From contig NC_043012.1 of assembly GCF_006345805.1 (NCBI RefSeq), positions 59,210,001 through 59,274,000 of the forward strand: DNA of 64,000 nt, in the 5' to 3' direction. Below are positions 27,113 to 40,146 of this stretch, one piece after another (positions within the stretch are counted from its first letter, which is position 1; the number at the start of each line of letters is the position of its first letter). The translations under genes were made by a program, and so were the position numbers. The notes beneath the pieces are model-generated. The model searched no databases and was not told where the DNA came from. It worked only from the letters and a program-made list of their open reading frames with translations. Source of the stretch: Octopus sinensis (Eukaryota).

Positions 27113-27609
27113 CAGGGGTGGGTTAAACCCCGACATTTTCTTACGCCTGCAGGCTGATATACTCGTATGTACAAAAGGTAATAAATTTTTCAATTATAAA
27201 ATTTATACAATATTCGTATGCCTATTTGCGACATAAGTCGCGTTTCCACTATAACTTAAAACAGACTCGAACAGAAATCGTCCGCTAATTGCCATCTCAA
27301 TGGAAATTTTGTTTTCACTATAAAACACATTTTGCTAAGTTTGTGCCATACGCTTGGGACCTAACTACACTCTAGCTGAAAATATAGAATACCGCATAAG
27401 TAATACAAACGTCCTACATTCAGTGGCGGTGTTAATGAAGATGTTACGTATTAATTCAATGTGTTAAACATATCTTTATTGATGTATATCGAATTATACT
27501 TACATATACACAAGAGTTACACCAATACGAATTAGAACTTGTGGTCCGCCCGCGGACCTTTTCCATTGGAAATTTTTTCCCGCCATACTAAAAAGTTTCC
27601 CCACACCTG
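27113..27609. mobile_element. hAT (Buster-type) MITE, 497 bp
   Basis: Ends CAGGGGTGGG...CCCCACACCTG; 8-bp target duplication atatagac (27105-27112) / ctatagac (27610-27617) with central TA; subterminal gtccgcccgcggacc motif. Confidence 0.8.
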
Positions 27610-28189
27610 CTATAGACTCTTTGAGTTTAAGGAGTGGACTCACTCGATCCTGAATTGACTCCAACCATGTGTGTATGTATCGGTTTTGTAGGCATTATAC
27701 AAATTAGCAGTTTTCATTATTACTAACATGCAATGTTTTCTATCTACTAATTGATTCTCTCATCGCTATATCGACAATTACAGCGAACTCTGTGCTTCGC
27801 TAAGGAGTTCTAACCTTCTAGACTTAAACATACCCATAATTATCTCCCTTAATTGTCATCTAAATCGTTGATAACATTAAGTTTTCTCACCATAAATATT
27901 TCAAATTTAGTCGTTGATGTGAATATATTAAACATATTCAAATTACAATGAAGTTCCACCTCTTCTGTTGTGTATCTGCTCCGTCTACATTAGTTACATG
28001 CTTTAGTTAGACACATAAAGGCCTTACATTTTATAACAGTGGGAAATAAGATATGATTTTCGTGCTTTATCCAACGAGTTACCCAAATATCTGGTGTGCA
28101 TGACTAGTTTCAACTAGTGAGGTGAAGATTGTACTGCATCTCGTTATTCGTTAATATAATTTTAATTTCTTCTATATCAGATTATATTC

Positions 28190-28505
28190 ATTGGTACTCC
28201 GTCGGTTACGACGACTAGTGTTCCAGCTGATCCGATCAATGGAACAACCTGCTCGTGAAAGTAACAAATGGCTGAATGCTCCACAGACAAATGTACCTTT
28301 AGCATACTTCTCAGGAAGATTCAGCGTGACATAGACAAGCCTGGCTCTTTGAATTACTGGTACAACTCATTTTTGCCAGTTGAGTGGACTGGAAGAACGG
28401 GAGATAAAGAGTTTTGCTCAAGGATACAACGTTTCTCCTGGCATCGAACGCACGACTTTATGTTCGTGAGATCAATAGGCTGAACACTAAGCCACGCACC
28501 TTCAC
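28190..28505 (-). mobile_element. SINE family D
   Basis: Minus-strand tRNA-like head (gtgcgtggcttagtg...gttcgatgcc) followed by tccttgagcaa...ttccagtccactcaactggcaaaaatgag. Confidence 0.75.
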
Positions 28506-28679
28506 ATTGTATACTTTGCCATGTCATACAGAGCACTTATATTCACTAGGTAAGCGGAAATTTGATTTGGTGATATTCATGCCTTTCCCAACGACATTCT
28601 ATATCAGAAGTATGTCTAGCTTCAACCAATAGAAAAGGAATTGCAACTACGCCAAGTTTTCCTCTGTATTGATTTCATG

Positions 28680-29390
28680 TGTTTGTTTGACTCACTGACA
28701 TTACTTGAGTCCTAGGACTCATAAAGCTGGTTTCTCTGTTTCCAAGGCGTATGGTGCCGGAGATCACGGTACTCCCCAATGAATGGAACGCCAGTCTGTC
28801 AAGTTTACTTCTTTACTTTTGTAGACTGAAGCAACATGGCGGCGAGCTGGCAGAAACGTTAGCATATCGGGCGAAATGCTTAGCGGTATTTCGTCTGCCG
28901 TTACGTTCTGAGTTCAAATTCTGCCGAGGTCGACTTTGCCTTTCATCCTTTCGGGGTCGATAAATTAAGTACCAATTATGCACTGTGGTCGAGGTAATCG
29001 ACTTAATCCGTTTGTCTGTCCTTGTTTGTTCCCTCTGTGTTTAGCTCCTTGTGGTTAGTAAAGAAATAGGTATTTAGTCTGTCTTTACGTTCTGAGTTCA
29101 AATTCCGCCGAGATCGACTTTACCTTTCATCATTTCGGGGTCGATAAATTAAGTACCAGTTACACACTGGGGTCGATGAAATCGACTTAATCTCTTTGTC
29201 TGTCCTTGCTTGTCCCCTCTATGTTTAACCCCTATGTGGGCAATAAAGAAATAAGACTGAAGCAACATGAAATAAAATTATTTGCTCGAGAAGAGAACGC
29301 ACCGTACAATCCGGGAATCGAAAACATGATCCGGTGATAATGAATGTAACACTGTACCCACTAGGCCACGCGTCCTTGTAGTTAAAGCAA
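28680..29390 (-). mobile_element. Older tRNA-headed SINE (family D-like) interrupted by the family B dimer
   Basis: Head at ~29310-29385 (minus); body continues to the left of 28823. Confidence 0.55.
28839..29253 (+). mobile_element. SINE family B head-to-tail dimer with 16-bp TSD
   Basis: TSD agactgaagcaacatg at 28823-28838 and 29254-29269; internal period 184 bp; central motif ggtcgactttgcctttcatcctttcggggtcgataaattaagtacc resembles the Deu/Nin SINE domain. Confidence 0.9.
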
Positions 29391-30240
29391 CTCAAGTTTT
29401 ATAATTAATAGGCAGGCAAGAAGAAATGTGACGTTGTGGTGTGTGTGTGTGCCTTTCCCCAAAATATCTAAACGACTGAATGTTACGGCTAAATTCAAGT
29501 AATGAAATAGAGAGAGAGGCCGTCTCAATCTCAGCTTCTCTGGTGCCATCTCTAGCTCTTCAGTTGTTGCTTCACTATGGGGGATAATAAAAGGTGTTAG
29601 CTCTTAAACCAATTCGCATCAAGTCTATAATCTTCAGATTAAACTAAACTTCATATAAATGAAATATAAAACAGTGGACAGCAGAGAACAAAAGATTGAT
29701 AGTATAATGAAAATAAGAGAGTGTGGTGTATAAGCCTTTCTAAGTTATTTCCTGCTAAGACAAATAGATTGGTATCTTCTGGAAATCAACGTAGAGATGC
29801 AACCAGATGCCACTAGGTTAGCCCATGACTAACATTGCCATGCTTGTTACCGCTCTAATACATTTGTTACAGAGACACAAATAAAATTTATGTTAAGCAA
29901 AAGCAGTAGAAGCTTTTGAATTGGGCTACACTGTACGACTGATACATTTGAATCAATAAGGTATATTCTTTGCGATCTCCCGACATTTTAAAAGGAGCAG
30001 TTAAATTGCTATCAAACCACACACAGCGCCACGTCTTTTAGAAACGTACGTATTGGGTCATGCACTCATAATTAGAACTGCGTCATAACTAGAAGGCCCT
30101 TAATCATATGATTATATGACTGCTTGTTTAGCTACAGCACAACCGTAATTGAATAGATTATGATCAAAGACATTTCAATCTTGACCATTCTTTCTCTTCC
30201 ATTTCTTCCGTATTGTTCAATGTGCCCTTCCTCCTTTAAG

Positions 30241-30373
30241 AGAGTAAAATATAATTTGAAGCAACATGGCCGCAACTATTGCCAAATTAATCTCAAGCAC
30301 GGTGACGTCATCACTGACGTAAATGACAAGAAACACAAAGGCTTAAAACCGTCTGAACTGGAACTCCAAATAT
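30241..30373 (+). CDS. Candidate coding exon encoding a PDZ-like segment
   Basis: Long pyrimidine-rich acceptor ending cttcctcctttaag (30240); donor GTACGT at 30374; open frame RVKYNLKQHGRNYCQINLKHGDVITDVNDKKHKGLKPSELELQI resembles the PDZ L+xGDxIxxVNG...G+...E pattern. Confidence 0.35.
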
Positions 30374-30739
30374 GTACGTTCATAACGGTGCTTCACCATA
30401 CTTTCCTACCAATTCTGTCAGTCATTACTCCCTCTTCTCACCTTACATTCCCCAACATAACTGTAATTAGATATCCCGAATAGAAAGTAAACTTATTATT
30501 TTTATAAACCTAATTGTAATGACATCTCCATGTTATTATTAGTTGTAATTAGCATGTCACACACTATGATATCGTCACAAAATTAAGAGCTTCCTAACGC
30601 TATTTTGGAGTATTAATTGCAGTTACACTTTATTGTAGCAATTTCCAATTAGCATCTGACATTCGGCGATTGCAATTACTATTTTATGTGCCGCACGATA
30701 GTTATTATTTCCTGTCTGGTGACAATTATAGTTCCTTGT

Positions 30740-30742
30740 AGA

Positions 30743-30782
<40 letters not shown>

Positions 30783-30876
30783 TAGCTATCGATTTTGTCG
30801 TTGCTGGCTGAAATATGTATAACCGATTAATTCTGATAGCAGACTCTATAATGTAGACATATGTGTGCGCGTGCGA

Positions 30877-30948
<72 letters not shown>

Positions 30949-31256
30949 ATATACATATATATTGTTGTATATATATAGGCATATATATATATACACACAT
31001 GTATAAATATGTGTGCATATAAATATGTGTGCATATTTATGTATACACACAGTTAGGTACATACTTACTTATATGTACATATACAAATACATATGTGTAT
31101 GGACCTGCATATATATATTCCGTCCTAAATATACAGACACGAGCATATGCGTGTATGTATGTAATCATATATATGCATATATACGTGTGTGTATGTCTGT
31201 GTATTCATATATATATATTTATATATATACATACGAATGCACATATAGCACTCATA

Positions 31257-31305
<49 letters not shown>

Positions 31306-31330
31306 TTGTATGTATGTATACATGTATATG
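30740..31330. repeat. (TA)n-rich compound microsatellite
   Basis: Direct reading. Confidence 0.85.
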
Positions 31331-32479
31331 CATGTCAGTATATGCTTCTCTCTCTCTCTCTCCCCTCCAACACACACTCTCTCTCTGTATGTATGTGGGG
31401 GAGGGGTGGAACACAATATATAGAAATTATCTCTGATTCTAGAGAAGAAAGACGAATTGTTTGAGGTGCCATTAAAGGGGAGATAATCTCAATAAGCAAG
31501 TATCAAGAACTCTCCAAACTCGACATTCTATGAAGAAAAAGAGAATTTATTGACTTGAAAGTAATAGAACAGCTTTGGACACGTGTTTCTCTCGTCATAA
31601 GGTTCAACAACTCACTTGACCACACACTATTTCTCTGTCTTCTCTGAAAGCGGTACTGATTATTTATACATCAATATATTTAGTATTTCATTAAATAAAC
31701 TGAGTCTGACCGTAGGCACGTATAATGATAACTCTGGACACGTTTCTCTCTTATTAGAACACCTCAGTCACAAAGACGGTTAGACTGAGGTGTTTCCCAT
31801 AATTTGATACATTTTAGACAGGTACGAGATATAGAAATTTAAAACCTGATCTGACTAATATTATATGAATACTCTTTCATTCACAGCTGCGACAAAGATT
31901 GAATTTATTACTGAATCTAACGATAATCTCGTGATAGTTATTCTGCTGTGCTTGCCTAATAAACATGTTTAAAAATACATATCTTCTCCGGGAACGTAGC
32001 GTAGCGCCGCTTATAATATACGAGCATCAAACAAACAAACCGTTTAGCCGGTTGTCCGACACCCTAGTGTCGTGGCCTTTAGTAGCCATCGTCGATAAAT
32101 AACACCTATCAAGCAAGAAAATGAAGCTGCATACTCCACGGTTGAACTTGTTGTCGTTCCTACCTTGAGATTCAAATATTTTATTGTAGATGAAATGAGA
32201 ATATCATAACTGGGTAAATGCATATAAATGCTTTACCTGTAGACGCAATGCAATTCCAACATCGTTGTACAAATATTGAAGATACAAGCCAATAATTTAT
32301 CAATTCGGTTATTGCTACGCTAAAATACTGCCATAATATCCAGTTATGCTGACCTTAACGTCAGAACTATTGCATGTTATAAAGGAAGTTGAATATAGCA
32401 TGTCAATGACGGTAATATAATTTGGTGAATTATAATAAAGATAGTTGTCGTAATTTTCGACAAATTCTATAAGAAACTT

Positions 32480-32720
32480 TGCTACTTCACAGGGATTCAG
32501 AATACATTAGACAAGTGTCCACAAACATGAAGATTGTATACAAGATTTTCAGTCTACCTTCGAACAAACAGGCCATTCGCCAGTTTCTGTAATAATGGAA
32601 ATCTCTGCTAAGTGAGTCAGAACCAATGTTAGATCAATTAATGTTTGACCCGAGGTTATGGCCGCTAACCTCTCCCGTTATTTCCCACAAATCAACTGTG
32701 GTATCTTTCTGCGTGGGTCT
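32480..32720 (+). mobile_element. Possible very old Tc1/mariner remnant
   Basis: FEQTGHSP and LWPLTSP fragments at roughly the spacing of the FQQDGAP and WPPxSPD motifs; weak. Confidence 0.25.
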
Positions 32721-33927
32721 CCCTCACACAATTCACACGCTGACATATAAAAATATAATGTTCTCCTGAGATAATTACAACCCGCAATTATATCAGTGAC
32801 TTATCCCATTGATATCAGATTTATATTTTAAAAAAATTGACGCCTATTGTGTTTGTCACTGTTGTTCCTCGATACTCGACTTCGTAATTATGTAAATCTT
32901 AAATTAAAGGTATTCCAACGGTAACCATAGAGATAGTGTATATAGGAATACAATATTTAATGAGCACTTTGCCTTTTTTTTAAATATTGTAGGATGTGAA
33001 ATTAGTGAGATTTGACTGCTAATGTAGGCAGATAGAAGGAACCATTTGAAGAATTTTCGTAATTTCTTGAATAATTTCTTCATTCGGTTTCTATAAATTA
33101 GAAACAAATAAACCAGAAGATATTTGTCGCTTTCAGAAAAAGATCCCGACGTACAGCATAATGTAGAGATTTGTCTCCAACAGTAGAGACTGCATTTACT
33201 TAATATGCTCAAAAATCTTCTTTTGATTTTTATTTGTTAACCCAAAGACAGTTGTTGTATCTGTCACTTTCGAGGGTCACCGTGATTAGTGGGAGGGAAC
33301 AGTGCTTGATTAACTATTAATCAACATAAGCACGTGCTTAGGGCATCAAGGGAAAGCAGAGAAATGGTAAATAGTTTACGGCAGAAAAGAAATCACTTCA
33401 AACATGCTAAACTAATTTTCGAGATGTCTTACGTAAGAATATTTTTATTAGGTAAAAGCAGTTTTGAGGATCTGATCTAAGACTTTGCAATTAATAAAAA
33501 AAAGTATGAGAAAGCTTTTCAAAAAGAAATAGAGATATACATAAATAAACATTATTTTCCATCTTACAGTGAGTTTTATTTTAAGGAGTATTATCGTTTT
33601 GCATTTAGAATTACATACATACGGGGGTACCAAAATCTTTTCAGGGCTTACGCCCTCAATGGCTTTTAATCGTGGTTTGGGAGTGAGCTTCGGTCTACCA
33701 TCCATGGATTTGACAAAATCATATAATCAAAGCAACGACCAATAAACCTACTTTATCTCTCACGCAAGGAAGAATAAGACAGGTTTTTACACGAAAATTT
33801 CTATACTAATCATCATACACATGTAAGGTCGCTAAGTTTTGTAGCATTTCTCTTCTGACCGACTGACCTGTTACTTTACAAACATATCGGAAAATTAATC
33901 ATCAAACCACTGAAAATGTATGTATGC

Positions 33928-34049
33928 CAGTAGTTCTAAACTGGGGTCTATATGGCCCTTTTGAGGTCTATATGGTCATTAGTCCTTGGGAAGTCCATAT
34001 GGCCATTGGAGATGTAAACAAGATTTTGTTGTTAACATTTATATGCAAT
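33928..34049. mobile_element. hAT-like MITE end interrupted by a family B SINE
   Basis: Starts CAGTAGTTCTAAACTGGGGTC, resembling hAT termini; the other end was not located. Confidence 0.3.
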
Positions 34050-34251
34050 CGCTCGGCAAGCTGGCAGTATTATTAGCACGCCAGCCAAGATGCTTAGCGA
34101 CATTTTGTTCGTCTTTGCGTTCTAAGTTCAAATTCCGCCGCGGTTAACTTTGCTTTTCATCTTTTCGAAGTCGATAAAATGAGTACCACTGGGGTCGACT
34201 CAATTGACTTGGCCCGTCTCCCAAAACTTTTGACCAACATCTGAAACCAAT
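34050..34251 (+). mobile_element. SINE family B with 13-bp TSD
   Basis: TSD atttatatgcaat at 34037-34049 and 34252-34264. Confidence 0.85.
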
Positions 34252-34384
34252 ATTTATATGCAATAAATTACTTATACCTCAAAAATACTCGAAATATTTT
34301 TCATTTTTTAAATACATTTCTTAATATTATTTAATGATAAAAATTCAGTAGGTTTCCTATTTTCATTTTATATACATCGAATGG

Positions 34385-34420
<36 letters not shown>

Positions 34421-34859
34421 CTTAGTCATGCCGATGCTAATAACCTGGTGTTAGTACTCAATTTGTACTTGCTGCTTCAGAATAAAACGTTGGTCGAGTA
34501 CGGAGCGTGATATGAAATCAAATGAAAGCCAAAGGAATTGGAAATCGAGCATTGAAGTTCATTGGCTCATTACTCTTTCTGTTATACGATGCAGTGCGCT
34601 CAGATCTGAGTGCTTGCGTATCACCCCACAGCTTCCTCGGAGATTTTAAAATGATGTGCTAGTTTATATGGGAATGCATTTATGTATGCGGAAAAGTTCA
34701 TTGTTGAAAATAATAAATAATGCATAAGACATGGTGGTGTATAGAGTTTGAAATATAAAAGCCACTCCCGGAAATATGTAAGTTTAGATAATATAGTGTA
34801 TACATATATGCATATATCAAGGTGTATAATGAACCTCCATATAAATAACTATACAGCGC

Positions 34860-35295
34860 TAACGCCATCGCCACCACCGCCACCACTGCTACCACTACAA
34901 CTACTACCACTACAACTACAATAACTACTACTACCTCCTCACACCGCTACTACTGCCACAACTACTACTACTTCTACTACAATAACTACTTCTGCTACTA
35001 CTACTACTACTACCACCTCACACCGCTACTACTGCGACTACAATCTACCACAGTAACTATTACTACCACTTCTACTACTACAATAGCTACTACTATTACC
35101 ATTATTACTATTGCTACTGCTAATACTAATACTACTACTGGTATTACTATTATTAACACCGCGGCCATTATTTCTGGCAATATTATATAAACCAACACAG
35201 CCACCATCATTACCATCTCCACCACCACCACCACCACAACCACCACCACCACCACCACCGCAACCACCACCACCACTACCACCACCACCACAACC

Positions 35296-35330
<35 letters not shown>
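34860..35330. repeat. (TAC)n/(CAC)n compound trinucleotide tract
   Basis: Direct reading; source of the poly-V and poly-P ORFs. Confidence 0.9.
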
Positions 35331-35704
35331 AAGTTTGATGAATTGAAATATTTCATTACTTAAGAATGGAGTTTTAGCAAATTCGAAAGTTTTAATCAAT
35401 TTCTTTGTTTCTCTTTCTCCTTTTTTGCTACTAGCCCAGCTCTCGCATGACGTCGTAATTGAGAGAGCTTCTTCGGATCGAAGTAGTTCTCTTTTGGGTT
35501 CGATTCCACTCTGCGGCACTTTGCAAAAATGTCCGATGCCATAGCATTTGGTTTCTCGAATCTTTGTAAGTGAATTTGGATTCAGGGAAATTCTGAATGA
35601 GACAATTTTGCACCGCTGCTTTGGCATTAAACCTGTTTTAGCAATGGCACTTTGGAAACAGTATTCTTTGATTCTGGAGGCTAACACACACACACACACA
35701 CACA

Positions 35705-35763
<59 letters not shown>

Positions 35764-35799
35764 ACACACACGTATGCGCACGCAGATATGTATGCATAC

Positions 35800-36095
35800 A
35801 GATAGAATGACTCGCGGTCCGAGGATCGCAGTTTCGATTCCCAGACCGGGCGTTGTGTATGCTTATTGACCGAAAACACCTAGAAAGTTCCACAAGGCTC
35901 TGGCAGGGGGTGGTGGTGACCCCTGTTGTACTCTTTCGCCCCAACTTTCTCTTACTCTCTCTTCCTGTTTATTTTGGGTAACGCTGCGATGGACTGGCTT
36001 CCCGTCCAACTGGGCGGGGGGACACATACGTCACAGAAACCGGGAAACCGGGCCCATGAGAGCCTAGCTAGGCTTGAAAAGGGCGCATAAATAAC
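35800..36095 (+). mobile_element. SINE family C
   Basis: tRNA-like head (gtttcgattccc) and central gggtaacgctgcgatggactggc.tcccgtcca motif; tail gggcccatgag...gaaaagggcgcataaataa. Confidence 0.85.
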
Positions 36096-37454
36096 AATAA
36101 GAGATTGAATGAGAGAGGCGTATTAGTAAGCGCTACGGTCATTTAATACATCTTAACCTCTCTCTCTCTCTCTTTCTATCACCCTCTCTATATCGCTCTC
36201 TCTTTCCCTATCTCTCTCCCTTCCTCTCCGATTTTTGGCTTTCAGCGCCAAAATTTAAATTCACTGTCAATTTTACTTTCTCAGAAATGAGGAAAAATCC
36301 TTTGTCTAAATATTTTTACGTTCCACGTTGCGTCAATATTTTACCAAACATCATACATACAAATTGATGCAGAACAATAGTCAAAGTTTTTCAGTCAAGT
36401 AGCTTAGTAGTTGTAATTGCAAACTAGCCATCAACTAGTATAAAAACCAAATTACCACAGTGTCACAACGACCGGGAGACAACATGTCTCATGTCAAATA
36501 GGTCAATATCGAATCAGTGACCTTATTTAGGCGGGGGCAAATTCGCCGCTCCAAAACATGTCGTATTCACCAAAATTGTATAGAAACCTGTCAGATTAAC
36601 TTCATCTGTCTGTACGTATTATACTTGTCTAGTTGCCTGGCTTTAACACTACCAACATGATGCCATTCTTTACTACAAAACTGACGTTTAATATTTTGAG
36701 TGTATTCGCATTAAGACCCCTGTCTGATAATAACCGGCTGCCCTCCTCCACCTGGAAAAGTTTATAAGCAATGGTATATCTCCTCCCACTGGCTAAGACA
36801 TAAAAAAGAATAAGAGAAAAATACATTCTAAATATAATCACGCTTTATCCCGTTTCCTGTAACCCGACAGCAACCAAATTTCACATAAACAGCTGTATTC
36901 TACACCTCATCACGACTGACAGATATAGATAAGTTTATCAAATAATTTACATTCGAGATAACAACTAAAAGCAATTAGATTTTAACTTGTTTTTAAAATA
37001 CTATAGTATATTCAAAGGTGCCAGGTGAGGGGGTGTTAAACTGGGTCAAGAGTCAAGTCTACCACCCAAGTAGAGGCACAGTCCGTCCGACTGACTTTCA
37101 ATCCAATTTCATACGATATCCCCACAACGCCACAGTTTAGTTGTTGAAGGTTTGCATTTCAGTTGTATAGTTCTTCCTGCCTATTCATGATAATATCTGT
37201 ACGAACAGCTCTAAAGCTTACTAATCGTTAATGGTATTCGGCTCATACCGAGAAATTTCAATAAATGGGTGAGATGAATAAATTCACCACAAGACTTGAC
37301 AGGAACTTCACTTTCTCGAGTACAGAGGGATAAAACGCAAAGTTAATCTCGGCAAGATTTGAACTCAGAACATAAAGGTCTTGAACGAATACTGTCAGCC
37401 ATCTACCCTAGCACCCGTAAAGCAACTGATAACATAAAATGTTTGAACTAATAT

Positions 37455-37779
37455 TTTTATTTATGCGCCCTTTTCAAACCTAGCCAGTCTCATGGGCCCG
37501 ATTTCCCGGTTTCTTTGGCTTATGTGTGCCCCCCCCCCAGTTGGACGGGACACCAGTCCATTGAAGTCCATCGCAGCGTTACTCAAGAAACAGGAAGAAA
37601 GAGTGAGAGAAAGTTGGGGCGAAAGAGTACAACAGGGGTCGCCACCACCCCTACTTAGCCTCGTGGAGCTTTAGGTATTTTCGCTTAATAAACACACACA
37701 ACGCCAGGTCTGGGAATCGAAACCGCGATCCCCCGACCGCGAGTTCGCTGCCCTAGCCACTAGGCCATTGCGCCTCCAC
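37455..37779 (-). mobile_element. SINE family C, full length
   Basis: Minus-strand head with A box TGGCCTAGTGG and B box GGTTTCGATTCCC; reverse complement of 35800-36095. Confidence 0.85.
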
Positions 37780-38654
37780 GATTTGAAGTAATATAGGGTA
37801 TTATATCACATAGTTATGTTGATTTCTTTTATCATCGTCGTAAATAAATTATTTTCATTATCGTCATAATAATGGCTAGTGATGTTTTCTAGCTGATTGC
37901 ATGGACCACATGAGGTTACTGGTATCAATGCTTATAAAGTGATTTATAACAACTAGCAAGATTATGTCACCGATTTTGTTCCATAGTTAAGGTTCTCGAA
38001 TGTGCAGCACGCTGACTGCTACGAGCTAAAAGACAAGCAGAATAACATTTTAGAGATTTTAAGGTGTTCTAATTAATACAGTAGCAAAGTGCGTGGACTA
38101 GTTGTTAGGGTGTTGAACTCATGATTGAAAGATTGTGGTTTCGATTCCGAGGCTAAACGGCGCCTTCGGTGCCTAAGCTGAATCTTTTATTTCGTGTTAT
38201 TCCACTTCACTCAGCTAAAGATGAATACCAGCACCAACTGTGACTAACCCAGTGACAAAGAGGTTAGTCGGTTATGTGCCATGGACACCAAGAAAACCTC
38301 GGGCTAAAAAGAGCCTTGAAGCCCCTGGCAGCCCTAATTACTATGTTAACTGATATATTGTATTTGAAGTGGTGAATATCTTTCCTGTTTTTGATTGTTC
38401 TTGATATGAATTTAAACCAACTCTTCCCCAATACTTTTCTTAGATCTACTCTGACTCGGAGTTGTTTCACCTCCTAGTGTCCCAGGGATTGGTTAATTAA
38501 TATGTCACGGAAATGCCTTCCGAAGAAGGTCACTCGTGGACACCACAACAGACCCCAGGTAGATGAGAAAATCCAGCTCTTCAGCTTCTCATCTAAAAGT
38601 AGGTGGTCTGGATCTCTGTTAGTTACGACTGCGGGTGTTCCCCTTGATTCCATC

Positions 38655-38910
38655 AACCTAACAGATTACTTGTGAAATTAATGAGCAAGCGGTTGAGCAC
38701 TCCTTACACACGCGTACCCTTAACATAGTTCTCAGAGAAATTTAGTGTGACACAGAATGTAACACGGATGGCTCTTTGAATTACAGATACAACTCATTCT
38801 TGCCTGCACTGGAACAATGAGAAATAAATTGTCTTGTTCAAGGATACAACACATCGCCCAAGAATCAAATTCACGGCCTTACGGTTGTGAGCCGAGTATT
38901 CTAACCACTA
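38655..38910 (-). mobile_element. SINE family D, diverged
   Basis: Similar to 28190-28505 (tttgaattac.g.tacaactcatt...tcaaggatacaac). Confidence 0.65.
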
Positions 38911-38924
38911 AGCCACTTGACTTC

Positions 38925-39235
38925 ACTAAAAGGTTTATTTGTTCCTTCTTGAGCCACGCCTGGCTCATAAGGGCTGGTTTCCCGGTTTCCTTGGCGTATA
39001 GGCTCCCCACCTGGACGGGACGCCAGTCCATCGCAGGTGAGCTGTAAGATGCAGGAGGAAAAGAGGGACAGAAAGCTGTGGCGAAAGAGTCAGCAGAAGT
39101 TCACCATTACCTTCTGCTGGAGCCGCGTGGTGCTTAGGTGTTTCGCTCATAAACACACACATCGCCCGGCCTGCGATTCGAACCCGCGCGTCCGCTGCTC
39201 TAAACAAAAGGCCATGTGCCTCCATCCACTACCTG
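38925..39235 (-). mobile_element. SINE family C
   Basis: Contains the reverse complement of gcgatggactggcgtcccgtccagg and a tRNA-like head. Confidence 0.8.
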
Positions 39236-40146
39236 AAGGTAACTTCATATAAATAACACCTGATAGTGACTGGGATTGTGGTAATGTTGCATCAGACCAA
39301 TTCAAATTTGAAGGACGATAGTGTGTGTGTATGAGAGAGAGAGAGAGAGAGGGAGAGAGAGGGGAGTTCTGTAAAACCTTATCCCAGAATAATTATCCAT
39401 CGTTCAAGTTGTTCTTCAAACTAAGACACCAGCACCGACACAGTCGTACTTTCCTCGTAAGTCCATTAGCGATAGGGAACGCGGTGTGAGGAACAGGTAG
39501 AGAATGCTACGAGAAGCCTTCAGCGTTGGTTCGGCAAACAGGCGGTCATAAGGTAATGATCGTTTCCCAAACTTCTGCAAACATTTTCCAGCTGTGTGTT
39601 CCTGGACCATCATTCATTGAAACGACGAAAGACGCCAACAACATTTATCGGCAAAAAATGTAAACATCCGCAAGAAAATGGATAAACAGTACAGTATGTC
39701 GTGTTTATTCGGCAACGTGTTGTACAGAGGCACCGTTGTTGTTATAAGCACAATAAATCAAGGAATGACCTCATTAGAAATTTGTAACTACCGACGCTAT
39801 GGTTCACTAAATCTGACATAAATTGTATTTTAAAAAGCAAAACCACAACTCAGTTTTCAATCCCCAGTTAAAGCCATTTACATGTCATTAAATAACACTC
39901 AGTACCTTCGTGAAAACCATAAACATCACATCTCTTTTCCTCTGATATAACGGCATAAGTTATTCTGTTTGTCCAACACAATTTTCAGACTTTTAAGTGT
40001 TTAACAAACGCCATTTGACTACCTTCTCAAAACTATATGGAGCCAAACACCTACAGCAGTAATAGGGAGTTATTTGAATCCCTTATATCACTAACAACTA
40101 CATTTGTTAGGTGTTACGGGGTCGAATCAAAGTGATTTTTCTACTT

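Noticed and set aside
26924-27193. Overlapping ORFs on both strands near 26.9-27.2 kb
   Set aside because: They run across the boundary of the hAT MITE at 27113 and resemble no known domain.
35010-35705. 231-aa minus-strand ORF
   Set aside because: Composed of (CA)n, a decayed SINE and a poly-V trinucleotide tract.
36629-36792. Minus-strand exon candidate after a good acceptor (SGRRYTIAYKLFQVEEGSRLLSD...)
   Set aside because: No convincing donor and no recognisable homology; left unannotated.
37708-37779. tRNA gene-like sequence (also the heads of other SINE copies)
   Set aside because: A and B boxes are present, but the sequence continues into a repeated SINE body and lacks a clean cloverleaf acceptor stem.
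39400-39720. GC-richer segment with a faint piggyBac C-terminus-like translation on the minus strand
   Set aside because: Cys-rich motif incomplete and multiple stops; similarity too weak to call.
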